The notes under the pieces are model-generated. The model saw only the letters and a program-made list of their open reading frames with translations, made no database searches and was not told the origin of the DNA. A DNA stretch of 59,581 bases, filler included, from Sphacelaria rigidula (Eukaryota): the NCBI GenBank assembly GCA_964200075.2. It is 6 parts of 6 records of this genome, joined end to end, with 100 filler letters (N's around TTAATTAATTAA, not from the genome) between each part and the next. Parts side by side here need not be neighbours in the genome. Positions count along the whole stretch, not along the records: positions 1 to 9,849 come from CAXNAA020007637.1; positions 9,950 to 19,797 come from CAXNAA020007638.1; 4 more parts are not named here. One strand, written 5' to 3'. A program made the translations under genes and the position numbers. The stretch's first letter is position 1, and every line of letters begins with the position of its first letter. Below, in pieces: positions 1-12,816 of this stretch.

Positions 1-66
1 AGATTTGAACCCACGACCCAACCGTCAGAAGGTTTAGAGGTCACCAACTGAGCCACCTGGGCGACC
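1..66 (-). mobile_element. tRNA-derived SINE head or tRNA pseudogene, cut by the window edge
   Basis: The reverse complement reads GGTCGCCCAGGTGGCTCAGTTGGTGACC...GGGTCGTGGGTTCAAATCT. It has a Pol III A-box (TGGCTCAGTTGG) and B-box (GGTTCAAATC) at tRNA-like spacing, but no clean cloverleaf or 3' acceptor strand is visible. Confidence 0.6.
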
Positions 67-310
67 AGGTACGAGACTTGAAAATACCCGAGCGGGCGGG
101 TACGGTAGGTACAGTAATGAAATCTCGAAACACCGTGGTATCGTAGGTATGAGTTTTGGAAATACCTGATTAAGCGGGTACGGTAGGTACCGGTGTCTCG
201 GAATACCGCGGTATCGTAGGTATCGTAGGTATGACATTTGAAAATACCCGATTGGACCGGTATCGGTAGGGTATGAGATGTTCCAAATACCGGTACCGAG
301 TACCTACTTT
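67..310. repeat. Degenerate tandem repeat built from GGTA(C/T)(C/G)GTAGGTA and GAAATACC motifs
   Basis: Recurring ggtacggtaggtac, ggtatcgtaggtat and gaaaatacc words at roughly 55-60 nt spacing. Confidence 0.55.
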
Positions 311-401
311 ACCTACGGCCCCAATATTCCAAGTACTGTACTGTACAGTATTATATACAACATTATATATGCTGGATTGTTGCAGTCAGCTAATGTGAGA
401 T

Positions 402-440
<39 letters not shown>
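402..440. repeat. (AATC)n microsatellite
   Basis: About 10 perfect AATC units. Confidence 0.95.
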
Positions 441-441
<1 letters not shown>

Positions 442-2347
442 CTGACTGTACCAGTGTTGTGCTGTCCAAAGCTGTAATGGCAGTGTTACTTTAGCTCAAT
501 GCGGAACACACAGCAAGTTAGATGAGGTGAGTGTTCTCCACAACAAAGATATGGCTATAGATCATGGCTTACCTTGAGGCGGAGAGGCACGCATCGCCGA
601 CCTGAGGCGTCCTCCTTGCCCGACGTAAACCATGGCTTCTCGCGGTTTGCCCCTCAACCACTTTCATGAGCGCGACATGTGCAGGATAAGGAATGCGAAA
701 CGGTTCTGGAATTTTCGGGCTGTTCACGACTCCGGCTCAAGTAGTGCATCCGTGTCCGCAAGCCTTCTCCCCCATGCTGTGTCATCATAATCCTGCCTCT
801 CGTACACGGGCCGGCGTGCTGGCGCTTCCGGGCCGTCATCGTTGTCGTCCGTATCACCACCTGGCGGGTGCCCGGTGCCCTGTGTCTTCAGACTGCATCT
901 CGTCGACCAGTTTCCTTGCCGGCCGCCAACACCACTGTGTTCACGTTGGTCACCGCTGCCACGCAGCTATGCGTATGTCATCGGAAGAGTCAGAGTCTTT
1001 GACTTCCATGTCTCTCTAGCGCTGACGACTGGAGTCTGTGCGAGGTGCGGGCTGCACAGAAGGGATAGTACTGGTGGTGTCCGCAGGAGGCGTTTTCTGT
1101 TATGAAGATTTTAATCTGAGATTTTTTCTCAGACAAAAATGTGTACATTTCTGTTTGGGATCGGCCGAGTTTTCGGCTCGGACAATAATCTGAGATTTTT
1201 ATCGGGCGATTTTCCTCCTTCAGGAAGTGGCCAGACAAAAATTCCGGACCAAAAGTGGGAAAAAATATTTATTTTGGTGATTTTTGTTTATTATAGGAAG
1301 CGGCCTAATGCGTTCCCCGATTTTTTCCACCCCCGATTATGAAAAAATTGAGATTCATGCTTGGAAATCTTCTAAAACATACGATGTACTTGTATCATGT
1401 TCATGTTAAAAAAAAAACGCATAAGGTAATGCGCAAAACCCTGTTTGATGCGAAATTATATGCGCGCATAAAAGTTGAAGCCTACAAGTAGACATAATCT
1501 TCCTATACTAAAATCAGGTATAAAAAGCTAATATTCAAATGGAAAGCTAATATGCAGAATTTGCGCGAAAAGTTGGCCGCGACTGATGACCTCACGGAAG
1601 GACAACATCTGTCCGCTATCCGCTCATGACTCCTCTGTCTCCACTATACTGTTGTATAAGGTTTTACACTTTGAGAAGATTCTGCTGCAGCAGTATGTCG
1701 GCAGCTACGATCAAAATAATAACTTCACTCCATGCTTACACCACGCTTGCACCAGAGACTCACCATGGCAAGCCTTCGAAACCACCGCCGGTTGCGAGCT
1801 ACGAAGCATGCTGTAGAGCGCATTGCGACCCTCCGCGACAGCTGCTTCATCCACCCCTCGCGTAGATGTTCCGTTACTCCTGCTTTTTTCGAGCAGAAAT
1901 TGCACTAAACGGCCAACAGCATCATGCTGTATCTCTATTTCATCAACGGCCGCGCGAGCCAGCAACGGGGCCAACGCCTTACTCATGAGAGCAAACTGCA
2001 GCCAACATAGTACGGTTCAAACAATCCCCTGATTACCAGTTACAGGAACATCTTCTCTCAAGCCCAAGTCGCATCACCTATTGTCATTTTCAATTTTTCA
2101 AACTATCAGACCCGCAGACGGGTGTAAATTTGTCCACCGAAGTGCATAACAAGGGTTCAAGGGTCAACCACAAACCAGCTTCGCCAGGATCAGCAAGTTC
2201 TCCAGTGAAGACCATCGGACCACGGTACGCTGTGCTGCTGTTGTTGGCGAAATACTCGGACGTGACCCGAAAGGAGCCGCGTTTTGAGGGTGTGTATTCT
2301 GGGCTGCTTGTTTTTTTCCCGCCCATTGTATAGACAGCAAGCAAACA

Positions 2348-5300
2348 ATGGAGGAGGGTGTGAAGGTTTGGGCCGCAGGTGGACCGCGTCTCTGGCGCAA
2401 GGGTATCGTCAGCAAGCGCGTGCCGGAAGACAAATCCCACGTGCGCATCACGGTTGTGTTGGAAGAGGGCGGCACTGCCGACTTCGTGGTGTCTGTCGAG
2501 CAGGACGAGTTTGTGGATCTCAAACTCAGGAACGTCTCAGGCCAGGCTTCGACCCTTGAAGGCGTGGGGGTCGAAGATCTCACATCCCTGACCCACCTGC
2601 ACGAGCCCACTATCCTGTACTCCCTGAACCAGAGATACCAGGCGGACGTGATTTACACGGGGGTTGGGCCTATTCTGCTCGCCGTTAATCCATTCAAGAG
2701 AGTGAAGCTTTACACCAATGAGATTCTGGCGGCTTACAGGCAGGATGGAGAGAGACGTCATTACGATCCCGAGTATGACGGGAATTTGGCACCCCATGTG
2801 TACGCCATCGCTGACAAGGCGTACAGGAATATGACCGCGCCATCTAACGAATATGAGCACCGTTCACAGGTGCGTATGTCGTGAATTTGTTGTGTTGTTG
2901 TCATTGCTGCTGCTGCTGCTGCTGCCGCTGCTGCTGCTGCTGTTCGGGGTAATCGTTGTATGCCCCTTTCCCCCTGTTTCAATCAATTGAGAATGGTGCA
3001 TCTTAGCTATTTACTGTCTGTGTGATGTACACAGCAACTACAGGCAGAGAGACAGAGTCGTTTAGACGACAGTCACACTGGCCGCTTCCTGTGTACGTGC
3101 TGAGAAAAACATCCCGTATTTTGTAACGGCGAGAAATGTTCGAAAGTGGCGGTTGTGGGTTGCACGCGTTACGGTACGCAGCCTAGCCAACTCAAGTTCT
3201 TTCTAGTACGCTTGGAGTACAGCTCGAGCTTGGATATGAGGAAAGGGTACCCTCCGTATTCGTTTTGATGCGTGGGTTCCTCTTGCTCTTGTCTCCCTCG
3301 TTTTGCGTTCGAAGGAAAAAACAGGTCTGGGGAACTCTAAAAATACGGTTAGCTTTTTATTTCATCCGTATTGTATTGCCCCTTCCCCGACGTGATATAT
3401 ATGATAACGACGGCGGCTGGCAGTTTTTGTGAACGGTCGTTTCATCTCCTTTTGTTCTGTGTTCACGCTTTCGTGTAGTGAAACATAACGACATATACTC
3501 GTATCATCGACGGAATCAGCACACTGTACTGCACTACTGTTTCGGCGGAGGGCAGACTCCACTGCTCTTCGGTAGTGCTTGCTACATAAGCAGTTCTGCA
3601 GCTCACCGACTGAACTGCTGCATAGAAGGGTCGTCAAGTGTTCTCCGTGATTTAGTCGTACCGTGATGTCCGTTCTGTCAGTTGTTCCGTTCCGTGTTCA
3701 CGGTCAGACATCTGTTGTTCCTGTGCCCAGGAACACCCAAAGTCCACTATCAATAAAATTAAAGAGCCTTCTATGAATATCGAGGCGGAGGTTGGAAGAT
3801 ACCCTTGAGATGGGAAGCCTTCCTCCTCTGGTTGTGTGACGGATGCATAGAATAGTAAACGGCACAGACTGTATCAGTCCACAAACTGCTGAACAGTGTT
3901 TGTACAGTACAGTGTGTTGATCTAATCATAGGTGGCCCCTCTGCCTGCAGGTGCGAGTGAGTACCCACCATAACCTAAATGAGTTTTTGTACGATTAATA
4001 CAGTAGTCCATACGCCCAGGCTGTGATGGATACTAGCCGAGTGTACTATGAACTGTGCGCGAATACCCACCACAACCTAGATGAGTCTCTGTACTAAAGA
4101 CAGTAGTCCATACGCTCTCCAGGCTGTGATAGATACTGGCTGAGTGTACTTTGTACTGTGCGACACGGCACTGTGGAGTGTACCGTACTCGACCATCTGT
4201 GCAAAAGAGTCTAGAATAGGACTATCCGGTAAACGACTTGGCTTCGTCGCACCATAGGTCTCCACATATACATGTTTGTTCGAACTGCTTTCGGTATCTC
4301 GTCATCCGTCGACCCCATCCTCTGCGAGACCCTCGTATGATCAAGTGGACTTGACAATCAATGGCCCCCATACTGTACTGTCTTTATTGCTGTGCTTGTG
4401 TTTGGGATTCAGAATTATTGTCCTGCGATGTGCCTGTGCCCCTACTAAACGCCTCTATGAAGACCTATTGGGGAAAGCGGATAGATTATGCTCAATCGAA
4501 ACTAGGATTGCTGCGCCGGAAAGGTGTCGACTCCCGCCGACTCGTGCGAAACATAAAGGTACTGTAGGAGTATTCAAGGGAAATTTGGAGTTGGACGAGG
4601 AGGCCTAGAAAAATGCACGTTCTCGATCATTCCGAGGGAGGAGTAAAGCTCCAAACTTCCCGCACGTGTTGTCTTTTTATCCTTTTCGTCCACCAATTCT
4701 TGGTCAACGACGCTCCGGGCTCCACTACTCGGAGCTTACGCTGCAGTAGGCGGTCGCAACCTGTCGCGGTTGAACAAATCCTTGACTTCAGTGCAAACTA
4801 CAGTTAGGTGTCACCTTTAGATGTGCCTCGAAATTCAGAGTCCCGTCACACCACATACACATACCGCTCACCCACTGGTTGTGGGTCCCGTCTGCACGAG
4901 TATCAAGAAGTATTTATATTATAAGAACCATTTATTTGTCTGTTCTGTGCCGACTTTTGTTCCAAGAGAGGGCTAGGTGGAACGTGCCGGCTCGAGAGGA
5001 CTTGCTTGCTCTCCCTGAGATGACTCCAGCGTGCCCCTCCAATTTGTTGTACGCCCAGTTTGGCTATAGGCTGCTCTACTGATCAATAATTCGATCTAAC
5101 AGTCGACGAGGGGAAGGGAGTGCTGAACCCCTCTCGGATTCAAAAATAACGGCAAGCACCGCACAAGGAAGGTGGAGAATCAAAAACGTATGAAGGAAAA
5201 AACTCCTGTGTTGACCTTCCCTCTGTGTGACCCCCGCTCATGCGCCCACATATACCGAAAGGTGAAGACTGGCGTCCAGAGTAGATGGGATGACAACACA

Positions 5301-8300
5301 CAAACACACTGATTCAACATGAGAAAGGCAAAATCCATTGAGTTCATTCCACAAAAATAACAAAATGGTGAACGGAATCCGGTTCCAAGTCAAGGTTGGC
5401 GAACCAAAAATTAGGAGAGTGCGCTCAGATCCTTTCCAAGGTGAAGGTGGTATTTCCGAGATGATCCAAAAACACTTTTGTCTTTACAGTGCGGTTTTGG
5501 CCGTCTTCCTCAGCTCGCGTCGCTGCCTCTCGGTCCCGTAAATATCACACCTCGTCTTCTTCCTGCTATCCCTGTATTTACCGGACATGAATCAAATCGA
5601 CACTGCAAACCTTCCCGTGTGTCACCCGCATCGTCTTTTTACTGATGCCATTTTTATCTCCTCTTTTTTTCTTTTTCAGCTTGCCCTAATTCGGGGCTTT
5701 TCTTCCACATTTTTTTTCGAGAGAAAAAAAGCGGCGGAAGAGAAGATTTTCAACCTGATAGGTCCACCGTGTGTCTGTTCCTAGCTGGCTTCAACTATTT
5801 GGTATAATTAATAGCGCGCGGAATTCGGAGGGAAAAAAACAAGCTACGGTAAGCTTTTTCTGCACACCTCCCACAGATGGGGGAAACTCGAGCGTGATCA
5901 TGGCCGAGCGTTCAAAAATCGGCACTGCGTAACAATTCAGAACCCATCTGAAATCAGGGGGAGAGCGACCACATCTGGGACATATCCTGTTCCACTGTGC
6001 TGCAGCTCTAACACACTCACGCTCTCCCTCATGTGCTGTAGCTGTCACTGCGCTGTAGTGCGTTCACATCTTTGAGAAGACGGTTTGGTCTCAGCTGAAC
6101 AGGACTGCTTTGAGTTGCCTTTCTGTCACTGCGTTCGTCTTCACAGAAAATGAGGAAAATAGTGTCGGTCGGCACGCAGTGCTGTCTACGCTCTGTTGAA
6201 ACCTTCACGGTGTGTTGGCTGTTTCGTCCTGCGTCAAATGACCAAGACGCTTCCCATGCATATAATTTTATGCTGAAGCTGTCGCTGTGCTGTTGTACTT
6301 TTCATCACTCTACGACGAACATGGTGTGATGTGCCCTGGAGAATGCCTGAACAGTTGTACTGCTGCATGCCGTGTTTCGGTCTGCACAAAATTGGATGGG
6401 ATCAAAGTGCTGTCTACAAAAAGTAAAACGTGACGGCTGTGCAGCTGTCTGTTGCGTCTTCCCTGGTACACAGTTGTTGTCGGGTGCTGTGATCGGAGAA
6501 GACACGCAAGGCGGGTGCGTGCAGGTTGAGGCAAACAAACTGAGCAAGCACGAGGCTGCTGTATCTGCAGTGATTGATGGAAGCAGCTATCTGACTCGCA
6601 ACCGCGCAATGTGTGGACCCATCACAGCTATTTTTCCACCCAAAAATCACTTGCTTCTCTCATCTGATTGGTCAAAGGTGAAGGGCCGCCGCATTTTCGT
6701 ATATTGAGAGGCTTTGATGAGTCGGAAAACCTTCACAGTTATCATTCTTGCCTCTATCTGTGGGCTCATCTCAGTGCCGCTTTTTCGATCGAAAACATGC
6801 GGAGAAAAGGCACGAAGGGGAACTTGACTCCTATCTTGCATACTACTACGCCACATAACACCCGCTCACAGAACCGTGCAAACCCGACATTGTCCATAGC
6901 CACCACCGCAACCCTGCAGCATAGAGCACGTTCGCTGCCCGCTTCTCTTTCGCATCCTTGTGTACGAAACACGCACACGCACACTCAGTCACACTGTGTG
7001 CAAACAGTGCAGACAGTATAGTACTGTCTGCGCTTTGGACGAGCGCACTCGTACCGTTTCACGAATTTCACTGTCTTTTCTCAATTGACAGATAACAAAT
7101 TTGCGTGGACTAAACTCGCGAAAAATGAACAAATTTGCTCAAATCGTCTCCACCGCTCATTTTCTTCGTGAAGAAAGAAATGTGCCAGGACACGCCCTTA
7201 GCCATCTATTTATTTAAGTTACTCATTAATTCATCCATTCATCCGTCCATGTTGTTTTTATGCTGTCACTTTCAATTTTGCCCCATTCCGGAAAAAAGTC
7301 TATCCTGGTGAGTGGCGAGTCCGGCGCGGGTAAGACCGAAACATGCAAAATCATCATGAAGTACTTGGCCATCCTCGGCAGCAAGACCGGCTCGACGGAG
7401 CTGGGAACGATCGAGCAGCAGGTCTTGGAGTCCAACCCCATCCTCGAGGCTTTTGGTAACGCAAGGACCGTCCGCAACGACAACTCGAGCCGCTTCGGGA
7501 AGTACATTCAGGTGAGGCCTAGATGCGGGACCCTCAAAGTACAACACACAACAAACAGTACAGACAGAGGGGTAAAAACTTGACGTGATGGATGTCCGAG
7601 CAGAGTTTTTTTTTTCTTGTTGGGGGATGAACAATTTCGCTGTATGCTGTACATTCCATGCAAGTGTGTATGTCGTGAGTTCCCGTCGGTCATGTCCGAA
7701 ATATCCGCTGTTTTTGACCTGTTCAGCCTAGAGATCTGTTCTGCTCTGGTCTTGTGCTTCGTAGGATACATGACTAATGGGACTCTGTGTGTGTTGTGAT
7801 TCCCGCCTCTCGTCCCACCACTCGTTGCGGACCCAATCCATCGACCTCGTGGTTCCGACTTGCCATGCTGGATGCCCGCAGCGTAGACCATGTTACATGT
7901 ATATATATATATTATAAATATATATATCTGTATGTGTGGTCCCTTGAAGGGATACTTGTACAACTCACCTGGTTGACTTCTGCTGCTTTTCCGAAACGTG
8001 GGACTTCGACTGCATATCCTATTTTATCCGTGGTTTGAGCTTTTTTTGGTCGTCAAGTGCTCCATGTTCAATTCAAGTACGTAGCCGTGCTGACGGTAAG
8101 AAAATGCATCATTACGTTGTATCCTGTACGCTTGACGTGTACACTCTGGGGCGAGATCTATTTGCTTATTTTCCCCCCCAGAGCAGTGAAAGTGGTTAAC
8201 GATCGGCCACACAGCACAAGTAGGCTCTCCCATGGGTTGCTCGATCGCCCAGCAGATTTCACGTTTCGTTTCTATTCACCGTCGAATTAGCGTGGTGAGC

Positions 8301-9500
8301 ATGAAGTAAAGTGCTTTGTTCCGACTCTTCCCTCGCGCTTTCACTTGCATACTTCAAAACCAAGCACATTCTTCATTCAGTATGTATATTATACGGCGAA
8401 CTACTACGATTGAACCGTCTTAGTTCAAGGTGCCCACAGGTGGACGGCTACGTGATTCCAAAGATCGTTTTTTTTTGTATACGTGACTCTAGATAACGCC
8501 GAGTCACCAGAGGGGGAGTGCACGTCTTGATAGGTCAAGAGTTTTTGTGATCCCTTTTGAAGGAAAAATCAAACGAAGTCGTGAACGTCCGCATTCGGCA
8601 TACGTGGGCTCACCTCACTACATGACTACGCACACGCTTCCCAATCAAGCAGGTTCAAGGTGTGTTGTCGTGACTACACATTCGTAGGTGCTTCCTTTTG
8701 CACGTTCACCGTGTCTTTTCGTTTTGAATATATGAAGACTAGTAAGGTCCATCATCATCTACACTGCTTTTTCTAGAGACGTCAGAAATTTTCATAGTTT
8801 TCGGACTCACCGTTCAGACTTCTCCGAGAGTGAAGTGACTTGACTTTTTTTCCGAAGCTTCGATTTTGGAGAAGGTCGACAAATCTGGACCGCAACGCTG
8901 CACGTACGCCGTGGCGCTCCGAAGCATTCGACAATCATCAGATACCTTGCCAGGGCGACACTCTCGGAGATTTCCGAAAAAACAGTGTCGATCATAATGG
9001 GCCTAAATACACACATGACACGAATCCTCCTTTCCCCTCCCCCACCCCCCCACCCCAACAAACACATACTCCCACCCAACCACCAACCNNNNNNNNNNGG
9101 GCGACCCCCTCGGAGATCTCCGAAAAAACAGTGTCGATCATAATGGGCCTAAATACACACATGACACGAATCCCCTCCCCCCCCCCCTCCCCCCATCCCT
9201 ATGCAGATCATCTTCGATACGTACGGAAAGCTGACCGGGGCACAGATAAAGACTTTCCTCCTGGAGAAGGTGCGAGTGGTGAAGCACTCCGCCATGGAGC
9301 GCAACTACCATATTTTCTACATGCTCGCGGCAGGGGCCTCCGCCGAGGAGAAGGCATTGTGGTCTCTCGGCGACCTGAGGAGCCACCAGTTCACCTCTCA
9401 GTCCGGTTGTTACGACCGTCGGGATGGGGTCCTGGATTCCGACCTGTACCAGGAGCTGATCGGAGCGTTCACCGTCATGGGCTTCGAGGAAGACGAAAAG
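2348..9500 (+). CDS. Myosin heavy chain, N-terminal part of the motor domain (3' partial; exons 2348-2869, 7299-7511, 9207-9500)
   Basis: Exon 1 encodes [27 protein letters not shown] and [11 protein letters not shown]. Exon 2 encodes the P-loop [18 protein letters not shown] and switch [10 protein letters not shown]. Exon 3 encodes LLEKVRVV and [12 protein letters not shown] boundaries give in-frame exons of 522, 213 and 294 nt. The gene runs off the contig, so the myosin class cannot be assigned. Confidence 0.96.
2905..2942. repeat. (GCT)n microsatellite in myosin intron 1
   Basis: About 12 GCT units with one GCC interruption. Confidence 0.9.
3960..4165. repeat. Two-copy ~100-bp tandem repeat in myosin intron 1
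   Basis: cagtagtccatacgc...caggctgtgat.gatact.gc.gagtgtact.tg.actgtgcg starts at both 4001 and 4101. Confidence 0.8.
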
Positions 9501-9849
9501 GTATACTACACTGTATGGTGGCCGATTACCGGCGGTTTCAATGCTGTTGCTGTCTGTACCTTGCACTTGTAACGTGAACAAACTCATTTTCTTCAGTCAT
9601 GGAAAAAGGTCCTACTCAGGGGTATCGAGGGCCTCAGTGGCAAGCTACTCCATAAAGAATATTGGGCCTGGTGGAGGTGCATTTTGGAACTGAAACAGCT
9701 TCTTCTCTCATTGACCGCTTTTTACTCTCAATCGTACCTTCAACTCTCAATTTCACGAAAAAGTTGTTGTGTGTGTGAGCAATGCTACGGTAGGGGTGCA
9801 CTTTTTTCGCGAAATTTTGTCTGGTTCAGGAGCTCCTAATGGTTCCAGA

Positions 9850-9949
9850 NNNNNNNNNNNNNNNNNNNNNNNNNNNNNNNNNNNNNNNNNNNNTTAATTA
9901 ATTAANNNNNNNNNNNNNNNNNNNNNNNNNNNNNNNNNNNNNNNNNNNN
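9850..9949. other. Artificial contig linker (N44-TTAATTAATTAA-N44)
   Basis: 100-nt N block with a six-frame stop linker; same form at all five sites. Confidence 0.98.
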
Positions 9950-10230
9950 CGTGAACAAAGGTGGCATTAAATCATTTGATGCATCAGACAGTAGGGAGAA
10001 AACGATGGCTATACTAGGAGATGGATGGTGGTCACAGACGGCGAAACAGGACGGAGATGAGATATGTAAAGGGCTGTGTAATGAATGGAAGAAACGTAAT
10101 GAGCTGCGGAAAAAACGTAATGAGCGCCAGAATGTTGAAGGTGTCTCTATTAGGAGTAGGAACGGTGCTCCGTCTCGAACGGGATGCGTGGTCAATGGTC
10201 ACACGACTAAGGCAAGCAACAAAGAGTACG
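9950..10230 (+). mobile_element. 3' end of a LINE copy (same family as 10376-12695)
   Basis: Aligns with 12430-12695 (MNKGGIKSFDA..REKTMAILGD) and ends in gtcaatggtcacacgactaaggcaagcaacaaagagta. Confidence 0.88.
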
Positions 10231-10375
10231 CCTCTCCCCCGCGTTCCCCATCCACCCCATCCACCCCACCCCCGCATCCCTACTTCCAAAACTCCCACAT
10301 TCCACATGACGGCGAAAGCGAACATTCCGCATAATTTTTATCAAGTAGTTCAACTGAACTTGGAGATCACGCCAT

Positions 10376-12695
10376 GGGACACGAAGCAGAAAATATGGAC
10401 AAGGGGATAGCGACATTACGGGCAAAGAACGGTAAAATTGTCAGTACTTCGAAGGGGACGAGAGATGTGCTAGTAGAGCACTACCGTAAACTAGGGACAC
10501 CAAAAACTAACGCAAAGCTCGACACAGAATTCGAAAAAGAAATCAATGTTTGGGCAGAGGCCAATATAGAGACGTCAAAACGGGAGGATAGTGGATCCAA
10601 AGGATTGCAGAGAGAGTTTACCAGAGATGAAGTAAAGGAGCGTGTAGCTCAACCTAAAAGCAAAGAGGCAGCAGGGGCAGGCGGAACAGTGAACGAACTT
10701 CCAAAGCATGGGGTGGAAGGAATGATCACCATGATGGTTATGATGTATAACTGGGTATGGTAAAACGAGTACACGCCCAAGAGGTGGAGAGAAGCAGTAG
10801 TAGTCAATCTTTTCAAAAAGGGAGACAAGGATGACCCAGGAAACTATAGAGGGATAACGCTACCGAGCACGGTAGGGAAAGCATTCTGAAAGATTCTGAA
10901 CGATAGAGTAGGAACGATACTGGAAAAGGAAGAGGAGATCAGCGAGAGACAAGTACGTTTCGGACCAAACTGAAGTTGCTTAGACCACGTGTTGACACCA
11001 GGGAAAATTATTCCAGGTAGGAGAGACGCCGGGCTGACGACGTACTGTTTCTTTCTGAATGTATAAAAGGCTTATGACGCAGTATGAAAAAATGGACTGT
11101 GGTAAAAGTTGTGGGGAACTGGGATTAGAGGAAAGATGTGGAGAATGGTGAAGAAAATGACAGAATGTGCCAAAAGTGCTATGATGCTAGACGGGTAAAT
11201 ATCAAAATGTTTTGATGTTTTGCGAGGAGTCGCACAAGGATATACGTTCTCACTCACTCACTGTATTCAAGTTATTTATTCATGCCCTGATAGTAGCGAT
11301 AGAAGCAGCAAAGCAAGGAGGCAAGGTGGGTGGAGATATGGTATCAGGATTGATGTTCGCGGATGATTTTGTGGGGGTATCAAGAACACCAGAAGGATTG
11401 CAGAAACAAATTGAGAAGACGCTAGAATACATTGGAAATGGAGAGTGACAGCGAACGTCAACAAATGCGCGGTACTCGTCTGTAACGAAGGTAAAAAGAA
11501 TCCGGCAGAGTTCAATTGGAAGTGGGGAGAAGAGGAACTGCCGATCGTAGACCAGTACGCATACCTTGGCGTAGAGATTTAAAAAAACTGCTCTTGGGAT
11601 GCACACATAAATAAAGTAACAGAAAAGGGTAAGGCACAAAGAGGCGGGATGGACGTGATCCTCACAGATTCGCACCCAGACACCAGGATTGAGATATGTA
11701 TCCTGATGACCGTGATCGTACCAAAGCTAGAATATGCAGGAGAAGTACAGGAGGGGAACGTGAAGTTGTTGAAGAAGTTGGAAACAGTACAGATGGCAAC
11801 AGCTACGAAAATACGGGGGTGCTCGAAAACGATGAGTAATATAGCATTGAGAGCATAGTTGGGAATGTACTCACTTCAAACAGAGACATGAGGGAATTGC
11901 GATGGCAATATAGCGTAAAGAACACGCAGAGAAAGAGATTGCCAGCCATAGTTGATAGGGTTGTATGGAAGAAAAGTACGAAAGGGCAGGCTGGAGTAAG
12001 GTGGGATGAAGAAGTCGAAAGAGTATGGAAGGAGATAGGAGGAGACCAAAACGAAATACTGTTTATAGGTGAAGGCGCGGGGTACAAGGCTAAAGTAAGA
12101 GACATGATAGAAATAAGGGGGAAAGAAGCGCTCAGCTGCAAAATAGACGACGAAGAATACCTGAAGATATACGGGGGATGAGAGAGGGGATAGGGATAGA
12201 AGCATATTTGCATGACCCAATGGACGCGGCGAAAAAATTGAAACTGCGATTTCGGGTGGGGGACCTGGACCTGCCAGAAAGAATAAAGAGATATACCAGT
12301 AGTGTAGAGGAGGAAGTAAATGCACAGAACTACCCTGTGGCAAAGCGATAGAGAGCAGAACTCACATAATGTCAGAATGTGAACTATACAAGGAGAATCG
12401 GGACGTGCTAGAGGGGGCAGTGCGAGACATGAACGAAGGTGGCATCAAATCGCTTGACGCATTAGACAGCAGCGAAAAAACGATGGCTATACTAGGAGAT
12501 AGGTGAGTGGCCACAGACGGCGAAACAGGACGGGGATAAGATATGTAAAAGGTTTTGTGTAGTGAATGGAATAAACGTAATAAGCACATAAAATTTTGGA
12601 GGTGTCTCTATCAAGGGTAGGAACGGTGCTCCGTCTCGAAAGGGATGCGTGGTCAGTAGTCAAACGACTAAGGCAAGCAACGAATGCATTCACCC
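10376..12695 (+). mobile_element. 5'-truncated, pseudogenised non-LTR retrotransposon (LINE): reverse transcriptase plus C-terminal CCHC-like knuckle
   Basis: RT motifs YRGITL, KAYDAV, GVAQG, LMFADD and YAYLGV, then KLRFRVGDLDL and PCG..ESRTHIMSECELY. Many in-frame stops and frameshifts. No endonuclease domain is retained. Clade not determined (RTEX/L2-like is a guess). Confidence 0.93.
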
Positions 12696-12816
12696 CCCCC
12701 CCTCCCCCCCCCACCCTATCCACCTCACCCTTGCATCCCTCCGTTCAAAACTCCCACATCTCGCATGACTGCGCAAACCAACATGTCGCATTATTCTACC
12801 AAGCAATCGAACTAAC

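Noticed and set aside
5990-7060. Possible decayed transposase in myosin intron 1
   Set aside because: No catalytic motif, TIR pair or TSD could be supported by eye.
8952-9200. Duplicated ~90-nt segment before myosin exon 3
   Set aside because: The two copies straddle an 11-N gap next to a C-rich tract, so this is probably an assembly overlap or allelic artefact.
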